Part shown: in pieces, positions 25,290 to 37,085 of the stretch | Numbering within the stretch: position 1 is the stretch's first letter | Layout: each line of letters opens with the position of its first letter | Source of the DNA: Leucoraja erinacea | Taxonomy: Eukaryota | DNA length: 64,000 nucleotides | Direction: 5' to 3' | NCBI RefSeq assembly: GCF_028641065.1 | Contig: NC_073385.1 | Coordinates: 33,294,001 to 33,358,000, forward strand | The notes under the pieces: generated by a model | Told to the model about the DNA's origin: nothing | The model's input: the letters and a program-made list of their open reading frames with translations, nothing else | The model's database searches: none | Translations under genes and position numbers: made by a program

Positions 25290-26900
25290 AGGTCTTGAAC
25301 CAACTTGCAAAACCCTAATCTTAACTGGACAATGGAACACCACGCACCACCTCGTCCCTTACGGAGAATGGGAATTGGACACAAGAATTGAAAAGGGTGT
25401 GGCAGTGCCCCCTGCCTTGGATGCCACTCTGATTCCTATCACTGGCTGACAGGCTAGGAGAGGTCAATCCCCAGCTGGGTCCAATCAGCTGACATCAGAT
25501 TGTCCCACCTGAACCTTATTTTATAAAACCCAGGCATTCTAGCAAGAGGGGAGATAATTATGTTCCTCTGTTGCAGGTTTGAGGAAGACCAAGTCACTGG
25601 GACAAACCCGAGACCACCAACGCGACCGTGTAGTCCAGACTGGGCTGCCAGGAAGCAGTCCTAGGCAGCCACAAAGACTGTGACCGGGACATACATATAA
25701 CATATAATATATAACAATTACAGCACGGAAACAGGCCATCAAGGCCCTACAAGTCCGTGCCGAACAATTATTTTCCCTTAGTCCCACCTGCCTGCACTCA
25801 TACCATAACCCTCCATTCCCTTCTCATCCATATGCCTATCCAATTTATTTTTAAATGATACCAACGAACCTGCCTCCACCACTTCCACTGGAAGCTCATT
25901 CCACACTGCTACCACTCTCTGAGTAAAGAAGTTCCCCCTCATGTTACCCCTAAATCTCTGTCCCTTAATTCTCAAGTCATGTTCTCTTGTTTGAATCTTC
26001 CCTATTCTCAAAGGGAAAAGCTTGTCCACATCAACTCTGTCCATCCCTCTCATCATTTTAAACACCTCTATCAAGTCCCCCCTTAACCTTCTGCGCTCCA
26101 GAGAATAAAGACCTAACTTATTCAACCTTTCTCTGTAACTTAGTTGTTGAAACCCAGGCAACATTCTAGTAAATCTCCTCTGTACTCTCTCTATTTTGTT
26201 GACATCCTTCCTATAATTGGGTGACCAAAATTGTACACCATACTTCAGATTTGGTCTCACCAATGCCTTGTACAATTTTAACATTACATCCCAGCTTCTA
26301 TACTCAATGCTTTGATTTATAAAGGCTAGCATACCAAAAGTTTTCTTTACCACCCTAACTCTATGAGATTCCACCTTCAAGGAACCATGCACGGTTATTC
26401 CCAGATCCCTCTGTTCAACTGCATTCCTCAATTCCCTACCATTTACCATGTACGTCCTATTTTGATTTTTCATGCCAAGGTGCAGCACCTCACATTTATC
26501 AGCATTAAATTCCATCTGCCATCTTTCAGCCCATTCTTCCAAATGGCCTAAATCACTCTGTAGACTTAGGAAATCCTCTTCATTATCCAAAACACCCCCT
26601 ATCTTGGTATCATCTGCATACTTACTAATCCAATTTACCACACCTTCATCCAGATCATTGATGTACATGACAAACAACAAAGGACCCAACACAGATCTCT
26701 GAGACTCCAATGTCTCTTCCTGCCCAAGGACAATGTGGGACTGCACCCAGACACAGAGGCAAATACTCAGTTGACAGGATAATCCAGAGACTGCCAGCAC
26801 CACTTCTTCAAACCCCAAAGCTGAGCTGCTAGAACAAGCCTGGGACCACCAGTGCCTTCTCTCAAGGCAAATGTGAACTGCAGGGAGCAGTCTGAGATCA
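25290..26900 (+). mobile_element. Possible LTR-like sequence interrupted by a CR1 insertion
   Basis: CCAAT (ccaatcag, about 25481) and TATA-like ttataaaa (about 25521); similar composition resumes after 26700. Termini not established. Confidence 0.3.
25695..26697 (-). mobile_element. Young 5'-truncated CR1 with an open RT C-terminal frame
   Basis: ORF 25778-26818: SVLGPLLFVMYINDL, KYADDTKIG, FFTQRVVAVWNELP, uninterrupted to the stop; AT-rich repeat tail. Confidence 0.95.
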
Positions 26901-27749
26901 TCAGGATAATAATTGGTAAATACCTAAGGATGAGTATGAATCATGCAACAGATTGTACAAAGGCATATTTTTTGGAATTGAGAACAGAATGTTGGAAAAC
27001 AAAATGGACAATCAATTGTTAGCAATGAAGCAGAGCACCAACAGGAAACATTAAAGCCTTCTTCAGGTCCTGGATAGTATATTCCATGAAAATGTTAAGC
27101 ACTTGTTAAAGTAAGAAACTACTGCTGAATAAATAAATGAAGCAGACAGTAAGAAAAGCAGTATACTCAATTTTTATGGGCAATTAAGGGTAGTGTGACA
27201 AAACGGAATAGTAATAGAATGTAGCAAATAGCAACAATAAAATGATATTATCAATGAGTGTAAAATGGTGGTGGAGTATTCTGCAGGGACCTAAATAAGA
27301 AGGTCATGCCAGGAGATGAAGAACGTTACAGTGAGAAAGTAGGACAAAAACTGCAAGCAGCTTGGCAAAATGACAGAAACATTGAATAATTATTTTACTT
27401 TAGACTTTGACAGGGAGAGAAATGCAATTGGCATGAGGGTTAGAAAATGAGATGAGAGTTTAGTTGGTTACATTCCAAATAAAAGGCAATGTTGATACAG
27501 TAAATAAATAAAACTAATTTGAAGTGATAAAAGCTCCTGGTCTGGTTGCATTTTCATTCCTCTCCATTTTAAAAGAATGTAGGAAGAGAAAGGAGAGGAA
27601 CTGCAAATATTCAATAATTTATTTGAAGACACTGCATTTCCTGCCAAGTAACTAATATAATACTACACTGAAAAGGTAAACAAGAACATGGCCAGGGGAG
27701 CAATGGACAATCTAGATCAACTTTTAATGGAAAGGAATGTGATGGTCTA

Positions 27750-27955
27750 CATAGGTAGACAAAAATGCTGGAGAAACTTAGCGGGTGAGGCAGCATCTAT
27801 GGCGAGAAGGAATAGCTGACGTTTCGGGTCGAGACCCGTCTTCAGTCTGAAGAAATGTCACATATTTCTTCTCCCCATTAATGCTGTCTCACCCGCTGAG
27901 TTTCACCAGCATTTTCATCCATCTTCAATTTTTCCAGCATCTGCAATTCTTTCAT
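27750..27955. mobile_element. Palindromic Penelope-derived element
   Basis: Inverted arms aaaatgctggagaaacttagcgggtgaggcagcat and atgctgtctcacccgctgagtttcaccagcatttt, centred on tcttcagtctgaaga. Confidence 0.85.
27818..27845 (-). ncRNA. Candidate minimal type I hammerhead ribozyme core
   Basis: Minus strand: CTGAAGA-C-GGGTCTCGACCC-GAAA-C-GTC, i.e. CUGANGA, palindromic stem II, GAAA, loopless ACGU stem III, GUC triplet. Stem I is weak. Confidence 0.6.
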
Positions 27956-28138
27956 CTCAACTTTTATCTAATTTTCTAATCCCATGTCCAATATATTTAT
28001 CTCCCTGTCAAATTAGGCACAAAAGTTTGCAGAATGACATCACTGTGGTTGGGCTGGTTGACAAATAATGATGAGGAAGGAATACAAGAAGGAGAGAGAA
28101 AAATCTAAGTAATGTGATGTCAGGACATTCAAGAGAAT

Positions 28139-28420
28139 TTATTATTATTATTATTATTATTATTAAATCATTGAAAGCATCAGCGATGCAGTGGTGCTGA
28201 TTTCCGACGGGCACGGTGATGGACGCGTCACACATCCCTGACCTCCATACAGCTGGCAAGCTCATCTTTTGTCTCCACATATGCGTTTTCCATCAACGTC
28301 TTCAGCATCGTTTTGATTGGCTGTCCCGGGTCACGTCTTCCATGGGTGGGTTCCCATAGCACAAGCTTGTTTGCTGGTATTTCTGGGTGGCAGTGGCCAG
28401 ACCTCCTACCATTGACTCCA
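28139..28420 (-). mobile_element. RTE-clade LINE 3' end with (TAA)n tail
   Basis: GHCHPEIPANKLVLWEPTHGRRDPGQP...ELASCMEVRDV, then (att)n at 28139-28165. Confidence 0.75.
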
Positions 28421-29915
28421 TCATGCTGCCTCTGAAAAAGAGCTGACATAATTAAAGACTTGTCCCACCCTGCTTATTCCTTCTTCTCCCTGCTCCTCTG
28501 GCAGACGGTACAGAAGCTTGAAAATGTGCACAACCATACAGTCATAGATTCCCATCAGCCCAACTTTCACATGTTGACCAAGGCTCCCCATCTAGTCCTG
28601 TCCGTGTTTGTCGCCTTTGCCTCTAAGCCTTTCCTGATCATGTACCAGTCCAAATGTCTTTTAAAGGCTTTGGAAGTCCATGTATTTTAACAGCCACATT
28701 TACTTTGTCTGTTGGATAGTTGGTTGGGTAGACAAGACTTGTCTCAGGAACAGCTTCTCCCCTCTGTTATTTGGCTTTTGAACAGTCCCTTCATAAGCTA
28801 GGGTTTGTCCGGTTCATATCTACCTCATCGCGGACATTGGACGTTGTCTATGGAACTGGTGCACTAGTTCCCTAGTTATCTCCCCTAATTCTGAGAACTT
28901 TATTCTGCACTTGTATTTTCCCCTCTGCTCTACCTATTGTATTTGAATTTGACTCAATTGTATTTATGATCTGATATGTTTGGATAGCTTGCAAAATAAA
29001 GCTATTGTTACACCTGACAATAACAAACCCAAACTTAAAACTATTTTAGAATCATGCCCTCTAATTTATTTTACCTCTCCCATCTTTCCTCCCAGTATGT
29101 AGCACCGCATTTTTTTCAGCATTACAATTCACCTTTCACTTTCACCTATTCCAACAGCCTGGCCATATAATGAAGTCCAATAATATCTCCCTGCAATCTA
29201 CTGTACCTTCAAATTTTGACAAAGGCAAATTTGGAAATTATGTCCTGCACACAGAAGCCGCAGTGAACAAAATATTTTGATGGACCTGTGATTCTTCTGC
29301 AGATACCTGGGAGATTCTACATCTCCCTCTAGTCACCAAGCACCACTATTCTGTTTCTACTTACCGGACCAATGTATCATTCATGACACTGCAATCCATT
29401 TTCTGCCATGGTCTTTAATCCTGACGACAAGCTATTTTGTGATACATTAACAAAAGACTTGGATGCCCATGTATTTTACCAGCCACATTTTCTTTATCTA
29501 ATGTATCAACTCTGTTACTTAGTCAAGGAACTATCAGGTCATATAGATAAGATTTTTCTTTAACAAATCAATTTCCCTTTTAGTAATTAATTGACATGTG
29601 TCCAAATGACTGCTTATTCTAAATCTGAATGTTTTTCTAAATAGTTCCGCTCTACCGCGGATGAACTGACTGGTCTGTAGTGCCTGCATTTATTTTTTTG
29701 AACAATGTGTAACATTTGCAAACTTCTAGTTATCATGTACCACCCCCAAATGCCTGAATAATTAGAGGATTATGGTCTGTACCACTCCCATTTCCTCTCC
29801 TACTTCATTTAGTAGACAAGCATGAAAAGCCCAAGTGATTTTATTTAAGTCGCGTATAGCTAGCCTTTCTAAAGCCTCTTCATTGTCAATGTTTAGCCCA
29901 TATATAATCTCAGCC

Positions 29916-30053
29916 AAAGATAGACACAACATGCTGGAGTAACTCAGCGAGACTGGCAGCAACTCTGGTGTCTCGACCCAAAACCTCACCCATTCCTTCC
30001 CTCCATAGATGCTGCCTGTCCCGATGAGTTACTCCAGCTTTTTGTGTCTATCT
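29916..30053. mobile_element. Palindromic Penelope-derived element with central deletion
   Basis: agatagacaca...gctggagtaactca and tgagttactccagc...tgtgtctatct. Confidence 0.82.
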
Positions 30054-30054
30054 C

Positions 30055-30330
30055 CAGAACCAAAGATCATAATTTAAGGTGAGAGGGGAAAGCTTTAATA
30101 GGAATCTGGGGTAATTATTTACACTCAGCAGGTGGCGGGTAAATGGAACGAACTACCAGAGGAGGTACTATATTTATAAGTTACTTGAATAGATACATGG
30201 ATAGGGAGGGTTTAGAGGGATGTGGACCAAACATGGGCAAATGGGATTAGCTTAGATGGGGCATCTTGTCAACATAGGGTAGTTCGGCCGAAGGGCCTAT
30301 TTCTGTGCTGTAGGGCTCCATGATTCTATG
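30055..30330 (+). mobile_element. CR1 3' end
   Basis: tttaaggtgagagggga...ggccgaagggcctatttctgtgctg. Confidence 0.75.
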
Positions 30331-30439
30331 ACTTTAAGTTTGGTAATATCTTACATATACAATCTGGCAGCTGCCATGTACCCTATTAAATTTGCTCCGG
30401 TTTACTCACTAATTCTGAAATTCTGAATATCCACGTTTC

Positions 30440-31925
30440 CATGAGACCATAAGACATACGGGAAGAATTAATCTACTCTGTCATTCAAAGATGGCTGATA
30501 TATTTTATTCACTCAACCCCATTCTCCTGCCTTCTCTCCATAACCATTGACCCTCTTACTAATTAAAAACAATTAATCTTTGCTTTAAAAATAGCATATG
30601 ACTTAGCCTCCACAACTGTATGTGCCGATGAATTCCACAGATTCACCACCCTCTTGCTAAAGAAATTCCTCCTCCTCCATTCTGAAGGTACATCCTTTCA
30701 TTTTGAGCCCTTTGGTTCTACTCCACTATTACTGCAAACATCTTCTCCATGTCCACTCTATCTAGGCATTTTAGTATCTGGTTGGTTTCAATGAGATCCC
30801 TCCTCATCCTTCTAAAATCCAGCAAATACAGGCTCAGATAATTCAAATGCTCCATATACGTTAACCCAATCATCCCTGGGATCATTCTCATAAGCCAATG
30901 CATTCTTCTTCAGATATGAGGCCCAAAACTCCTCACAATATTCCAAATGTGGTTTCCGCAGCACCTGATAAAGCTTCAGCATTACATCCTATCTTTTATA
31001 TTCTAGCCCCCTTGAAATGAATCAATGCATTTGCCTTCCTTATTGCCAACTTAACCTGCAAATTAACCTTTTAGGGATCCTGCATCAGTACTCCCAAACC
31101 CATGTGCACCTCCGGTTACTCAATTCTCTTCCCATTTAGAAAGCAGTCTCCACCTTTATTCCTTCCACCGAAGTGCATGAGCGTACATTTTGTTGCAATG
31201 TATTCTATTTGCCACTTCCTTGCCCACTGTCGCAACCTGTTCTAGTCCTTCTGCAGCCTCCTTGCTTCCTCAACACTATCTGCCCCATCACCTATCTTTG
31301 TATCATCCGCAAACTTGGCCACAATGCCATCAATTCCCTCCTCCATATCATTAACATACAATCTGAAAAGTAGCAGGCTCAACACCGACTCTAACAGAGC
31401 ACCACTAATCACCGGCAACCAACCAGAAAAGCCTTTCTTTATTCCCACTATTTGCCTTCTGCCAGTCAGCCAATCTTTCAGTTCAGTTCAGTTTAGTTCA
31501 TTGTCATGTGTACTGTACAATGAAAAGCTTTTGTTGCGTACTATCCAGTCAGCAGAAAGACAAAACATGATTACAATCGAGCCATTTACAGTCTATAGAG
31601 ATAAGGGAATAACATTTAGTGCCAGGTAAAGCCAGACGAAGATCATAGTTAAAGTAAAAAATGGTGCTCTAGGTGTAGAGATTTAAGAGTGTAGAGCGAT
31701 TGTAATATGTGATTGTAGGTCTGCTTCTGTGGCTAACACACAAATAGTTGCATATGGTGGGCACTCTATCCATGCTAGAATCTTGCCTCTAATACCATGG
31801 GCTCCTATCTTGTTCAGCAACTTCACTTGTGGCACCTTATCAAAGGCCTTCCGAAGATCCAAGTAAACAACATCCACTGACTTTTCTATATCTGCCCTGC
31901 TTGTTTCCTCCTCAAAACATTCCAG
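30440..31925 (-). mobile_element. CR1 ORF2 fragment, interrupted at about 31478-31765
   Basis: VAKFADDTKIG, VDVVYLDLRKAFDKVP, FRRMRRDLIET. Confidence 0.88.
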
Positions 31926-32009
31926 TTTCATTGCTTATGCACAGACGATTCAGATTTATTTTGGTTTCAACAGCTGAGTGCCAGCTTTTCTGATTAGCTT
32001 TCTCCAAGT

Positions 32010-32105
32010 TAAAGGTGTAGCCATGGGCACTCACATGGGCCCCAGTTATGCTGCCGTTTAATTGGTTATGTTGAACAGTCCTTGTTCCAGGTGTACACTG
32101 GCACC
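32010..32105 (+). pseudogene. Penelope-like RT fragment
   Basis: aaaggtgtagccatgggcactcacatgggccccagttatgct = KGVAMGTHMGPSYA; then GYVEQSLFQVYTG after a frameshift. Confidence 0.72.
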
Positions 32106-32110
32106 ACACT

Positions 32111-35100
32111 TGTTGGATAAAGATCAGGCTCACACAAAGTGATTAGAATCCATAGTCTTTTAGTAGCAACTCTGCAGAGGGAACTCAAAGAGCTTTCATC
32201 TCAGCATGCATACTACTAGTCTAATAGAGAGAGATAGAGATCTCTCTAATAAGCCTGCGGGCGGAGATAAATAATTAAATGCAAACACAAAACTACTGAG
32301 TACTACCAAGAATTAAATACAAATGTATACCGCTGACTATATAAAGCATACATAGTATATGGCAATAACTGGAGGAAATTCAAACATAGCCCCGGTACTA
32401 TAGGGTGGGCTTATAAACATGACCAGCACGCAAACAGTATAGTCCATCCATCACTGGGGACACAATCGGTGGTGAAATAGGTGTCGGAGTTTGAAATGGC
32501 ATTCCCGGTGATGACAGAGGAGACTTTGGCACAGGTGGAGGCGGCCTAGCCATCGGCAAAGTAACCGTATCAGAAACAGGTTGTCGTGCTGGTGCAGTCG
32601 GGCCGATGCTGCTGGATGTGGAAGAAAGTACACTTGTGCAGTCAGGATCGTACTGAGATGGTGCTGGCTCATTCACAGGCAGGATATGTTGCCTATTACG
32701 TCTGTAGGTGCCGCCATCGGCATTAACCAAGTATGAACTTGGCTCAGAGGCAGTTCCAGAAATTACGCCGAAGCAGTCTTGACCTTTGTCAGTTTGCAGA
32801 TGCACCACTTGCCCCTCAGCTAATCGTGGAAGTGGTCTGCTCGTTTTGCCATACCACCCTTTCTGAATGTCACACTTTTATTATAGCCTGGACTAGACCT
32901 CTGATGGTGAGACCACCTGTGGGATTAGTGCCTGACTCGCCACAAGCAATGTGGCTCGTGTCTGCCTTGACAACAGATGCTGAGCAGGTGAACCCAAGAT
33001 AGGGTCGCGGGGAAATGTTGTGTAGGTTGAGCAGGTCCATGTACACAACTGATTTTGCTCTGTGGGATTGTTCCATTAATTGTTTGGCACTCCTGGCTGC
33101 ACGTTCAGGAAGCCCATTCGACTGAGGATATTCAGGGCTGCTGTTGCTGTGACGAAAACCCCAGCTGGTAAATTGACTGCCATTATCAGATAACAGTTGA
33201 CATGGAGCTCCGTCGTCTGTGAAATGGCGAGCCAGCTTTAGAACTACCCCATGAGAAGTGGGTGTACTAAGAAGATCGATGTCAAACCAACCAGAATACG
33301 AGTCGACAAGAACTAGATACTGCTTGCCATGCCACTCAAATATGTCAGTTGCCACTGTGTACCACGGAAGGGCAGGAACTGGGTGTGCGAGAAGTGGTTA
33401 CTTTTGTTGTTGTTGATATTTCCAGTAATAGGAGAGTAGAACCAAAGGGCTCAAAATGAAAGAATGTACCTTTAGAATGGAGGAGGAGGAATTTCATTAG
33501 TCAGAGGGTGGTGAATCTGTGGAATTAATTGGCACAAACAGTTATGGAGGCTAAGTCATATGCCATTTTTAAAGCAAAGATGAATAGTTTTTTAATTAGT
33601 AAGAGTGTCAATGGTTATGGGGAGAAGGCAGGAGAATGGGGTTGAGTGGATAAAATATATCAGCCATCTTTGAATGTTGATTTGATGGGATAAATTGATT
33701 AATTCTTCTCGTATGTCTTATGGACATGGTCTCATGGGACATGGATATTCAGGATTCCAGAATTAGAAAGTAAAACAGAGCAAATTTAATAGGGTGCATG
33801 GCAGATGCCAGATTGTATATGCAAGATATTACCAAACTTATCAATAGAAACATAGAGCCATATAGCACAAAAATAGGCCCTTCGGCTGAACTTGCCTATG
33901 CTGAACAAGATAGAAACATAGAAACATAGAAATTAGGTGCAGGAGTAGGCCATTCGGCCCTTCGAGCCTGCACCGCCATTCAATATGATCATGGCTGATC
34001 ATCCAACTCGGTATCCCGTACCTGCCTTCTCTCCATACCCCCTGATCCCCTTAGCCACAAGGGCCACATCTAACTCCCTCTTAAATATAGCCAATGAACT
34101 GGCCTCAACTACCCTCTGTGGCAGAGAGTTCCAGAGATTCACCACTCTCTGTGTGAAGATGCCCCATCTAAGCTAATGCCATTTGCCCAAAATGCCAGCC
34201 GCGCTTAATGACGGAGGAGAGCGAACGTAAGGTATTGTCAGCAGCAGTGTGGGTAACCGGTCCTCCAAACAGATGAGGGAATAGAGGAACCAGTCGTTAC
34301 CACAAAACCGTCATCTGGCGAGGGTGAACCCTCGCAGGTCTTTCGAGGAGTACGCGAGAGGATGTCAGCCAGGTGCATGTCCTTGCCACGTTTGTAGGTC
34401 ATAACAATGTCATACTTCTGAAGCTGTAGTAACATCTGCTGAAGACACCCTGGAGAGGCATGTTCAAGATGCTGACCAGGGGTTGGTGGTCAGTTTCAAT
34501 CGTGACCGTTTTTCCAAAGATAAAGTCAATAAACTTCTTGCATCCGAAAATGACCGAAGCACTGGCGACAGGCCTGTTGCCGTTACCATCATCTTGAAGC
34601 CAGGCTGCCCTAGACCATACTGTGAGGCTTCACAAATCAGTGTGACTAGTAATTTAGAATTACTGTAGGCGAGAGTTGGGGCACAAGACATCTGCTGTTT
34701 AAGAGTGTCTAACGCACTCTGCTGCTGCTCATGCCAGGCCCAAACAGTGTCTTTGTGGGTCATCTGGCGCAGTAGGGATGATATTTCACTGAGGTTAGGA
34801 ATAAATCGCCCCAAGTAGTTTACCATGCTAAGGAATCTCTACCTGTCTATGTGTCGCACTCTGGCATCTCGTTAATATCAATGGTTCAGCTTTGAGACCA
34901 TTTTTAGTGGACACTTGGCCTACATAGTTCACTTCATTTACTCTGAATTTGCACTTTTGAGGGTTTAACTTGAGGTTGATTTCTTTAGTACGGTCCAGAA
35001 CCTTTTTTAAATTTGCGTTGTGTTCTTGAATAGTTTGTCCAGCAACAAGGATATCATCAACTATGATGAAGCATGGGTAGCCTGCAAACAATTGTTCCAT

Positions 35101-35185
35101 AGAGCATTGAAATACTTCACTAGCAGAGTTTATGCCGAATGGCATACGAAGAAATTAGTACCGTCCGAAGGGTGTGCTGAAGGGT
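32111..35185 (-). mobile_element. Decayed Ty3/Gypsy LTR retrotransposon (RT-RNaseH-integrase), with nested insertions
   Basis: FSTPFGRY, MPFGINSASEVFQ, IVDDILV (RT); CEASQYGLG, LADILSR (RNase H); LVLVDSYSGW, SDNGSQF, YPQSNGLPER (IN); YRRNRQH. Possible LTR end (minus-strand ...AACA) at 32111. Confidence 0.88.
33912..34155 (-). mobile_element. Young CR1 3' end insertion
   Basis: (tagaaaca)n tail; flanked by AAGAT at 33907-33911 and 34156-34160. Confidence 0.9.
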
Positions 35186-35257
35186 AGTTGTACACAACCC
35201 CCCAATGCCCAGAACCGTGACTTTCCATCCGAAAAAGGGTCTCAACCTGAAACATCA

Positions 35258-35573
35258 AGTCAAGTCAAGTTACTTTTATTTCTATAGCACATTTAAAAAC
35301 AACTCTCGTTGACCAAAGTGCTTTACATTGGTGGAGGTACTAACGTTATACAACATTGGTTCATAGATTAAGTACATACATATAGCCCTCACTCAGAGGA
35401 TGTCAAGAAAGGCTTGAGAATAAAGATGAGTTTTAAGTCTTGACTTAAAAGAGTCGATGGAAGGGGCAGTTCTGATGGGAAGAGGGATGCTGCTCCACAG
35501 TCTAGGAGCTGCAACCGCAAAGGCGCAGTCGCCTCTGAGCTTATGCCTAGACTGCGAGATGTTCAGTAACCCC
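35258..35573 (-). mobile_element. L2-clade LINE 3' end
   Basis: RGDCAFAVAAPRLWSSIP...FKSRLKTHLY; tail gtaaagcactttgg...tgctatagaaataaaa; TSD AACATCA at 35251-35257 and 35574-35580. Confidence 0.9.
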
Positions 35574-36054
35574 AACATCACCCATTCCTTCTCTCCAGAG
35601 ATGCTGCCTGTCCCGCTGAGTTACTTCAGCATTTTGTGTCTATCTTCGGTTTCAACCAGCAACTTCCCTTCAGCCATCAGGTTATTAAACACGACAACAA
35701 ATAAGCTCTGAACTGCAACAGACTATTATTATTATTATTGTACTATAATTGTTTGTTTTATGAGTATGTTTATATGTGTGTGTTTATATACACACTGAAC
35801 TTTTTTTCCTTTTGTTTATGTACTATGTTTACATATTCTGTTGTGCTGCAGCAAGTAAGAATTTCATTGTTCTCTCTGGGGCATTTGACAATAAAACACT
35901 CTTGACTCTTCCTACACATCCCCCAATGCTTTATCTGCGACAGCTATGACTGCATCGGTGCTCCCTGCTGGACCTGAGCAGAACTTGTTGCGTTCATTAG
36001 CATCATCACAAACCTCCACTCTGCCCACAAGTTCACCACTAACTTTCACCCTTC

Positions 36055-36545
36055 AAATTCATGTGGCCTTCCGTACATCGGCGAGACCAAGCATAGACTC
36101 AGCAGCTGTTTTGTCGAACAATTACACTCGTCGCGCCAAGGTATACTGGATCTCCCCATTGCTAACCATTATAACTCTGCTTCCCATTCCCGTATTGACC
36201 TTTCTGGCCCGGTCTTCTTCCATTGCCAGAGTGCGACCATACACCAACTGCAGGGATAACATTGCTTTTCAGCTTGGGTAGCTTACTATCCAATTGTGTG
36301 AACATTGAATTCTTCAATTTCGTAAACCCATAAAAACCTCTGTCCCTCACCTTTCTCCCCCACACTCCTCCCCCAGATTTCTTTCCCTCCCCCTCCCATG
36401 TGCCCCACCTGAACTTGCACCTACTTCTCCTTTCTCCCGTCCCCTCCATCCATATTCCTTCCTCTAGCCTCACAATTTGGAACTCTTCAAGCCTTTTGTC
36501 GTTCACCTGTTTTAATCTTTGGCCTTTGACCCAACTATCTTCTTA
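36055..36545 (+). pseudogene. Penelope-like GIY-YIG endonuclease C-terminus and 3' region
   Basis: CGLPYIGETKHRL...LPIANHYNSASHS...NIEFFNF, then a pyrimidine-rich tract. Confidence 0.8.
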
Positions 36546-37085
36546 TCAACATCCAAGCTTTTCCAAGGGAACGTGAAGTGTATTTTGGGTCAATTGATGG
36601 GGAGTCTTTTCTTTGTGATGGATTGGGCTACATCTACAACTCTCCACAGTTTTGTGCAGTCGTGGGCAGAGCTGTTCCCAAACCAAACTGTGATACATCC
36701 TGACAGTATGCTTTCTACAGTGCACCTGTAGATATTTAAATTAGTCTTTGGAGACATGCTGAATTTCGTCAGTTTCCTGAGAAAGTAGAGGTGTGGTTTA
36801 GCATCATGGCTGCCACTTCCATGTGGTATGTCCACTGATCATTGGTAAACTTAAAATGCTGGAGTAACTCAGTGGAACAGGCAGCATCTGTGGAGTGAAG
36901 GAATGAGTGACGTCTCGAGTTGAGACCCTTCTTCAGACTGATATTGCCTCCAAGGAACTTGAAGGTCTCAACCATTTCCACTTTGGCACCATTGATGCTG
37001 ATTAAGGCATGTACTCCACCATATTTCCTGAAGTCGATAACTAGCTTTGTCTTGCTGACATTGAGAGAGTGTTTGTTATCCTGAG
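36545..37085 (-). mobile_element. Rex1/Babar RT C-terminal fragment, interrupted by a Penelope-derived element at about 36855-36942
   Basis: VETFKFLG; HLYFLRKL...YRCTVESILSGCITVWFGN. Confidence 0.85.

Noticed and set aside
26698-26818. Novel N-terminus fused to CR1 RT in the 346-aa ORF
   Set aside because: Chance read-through from flanking DNA at the 5'-truncation point, with a non-ATG start.
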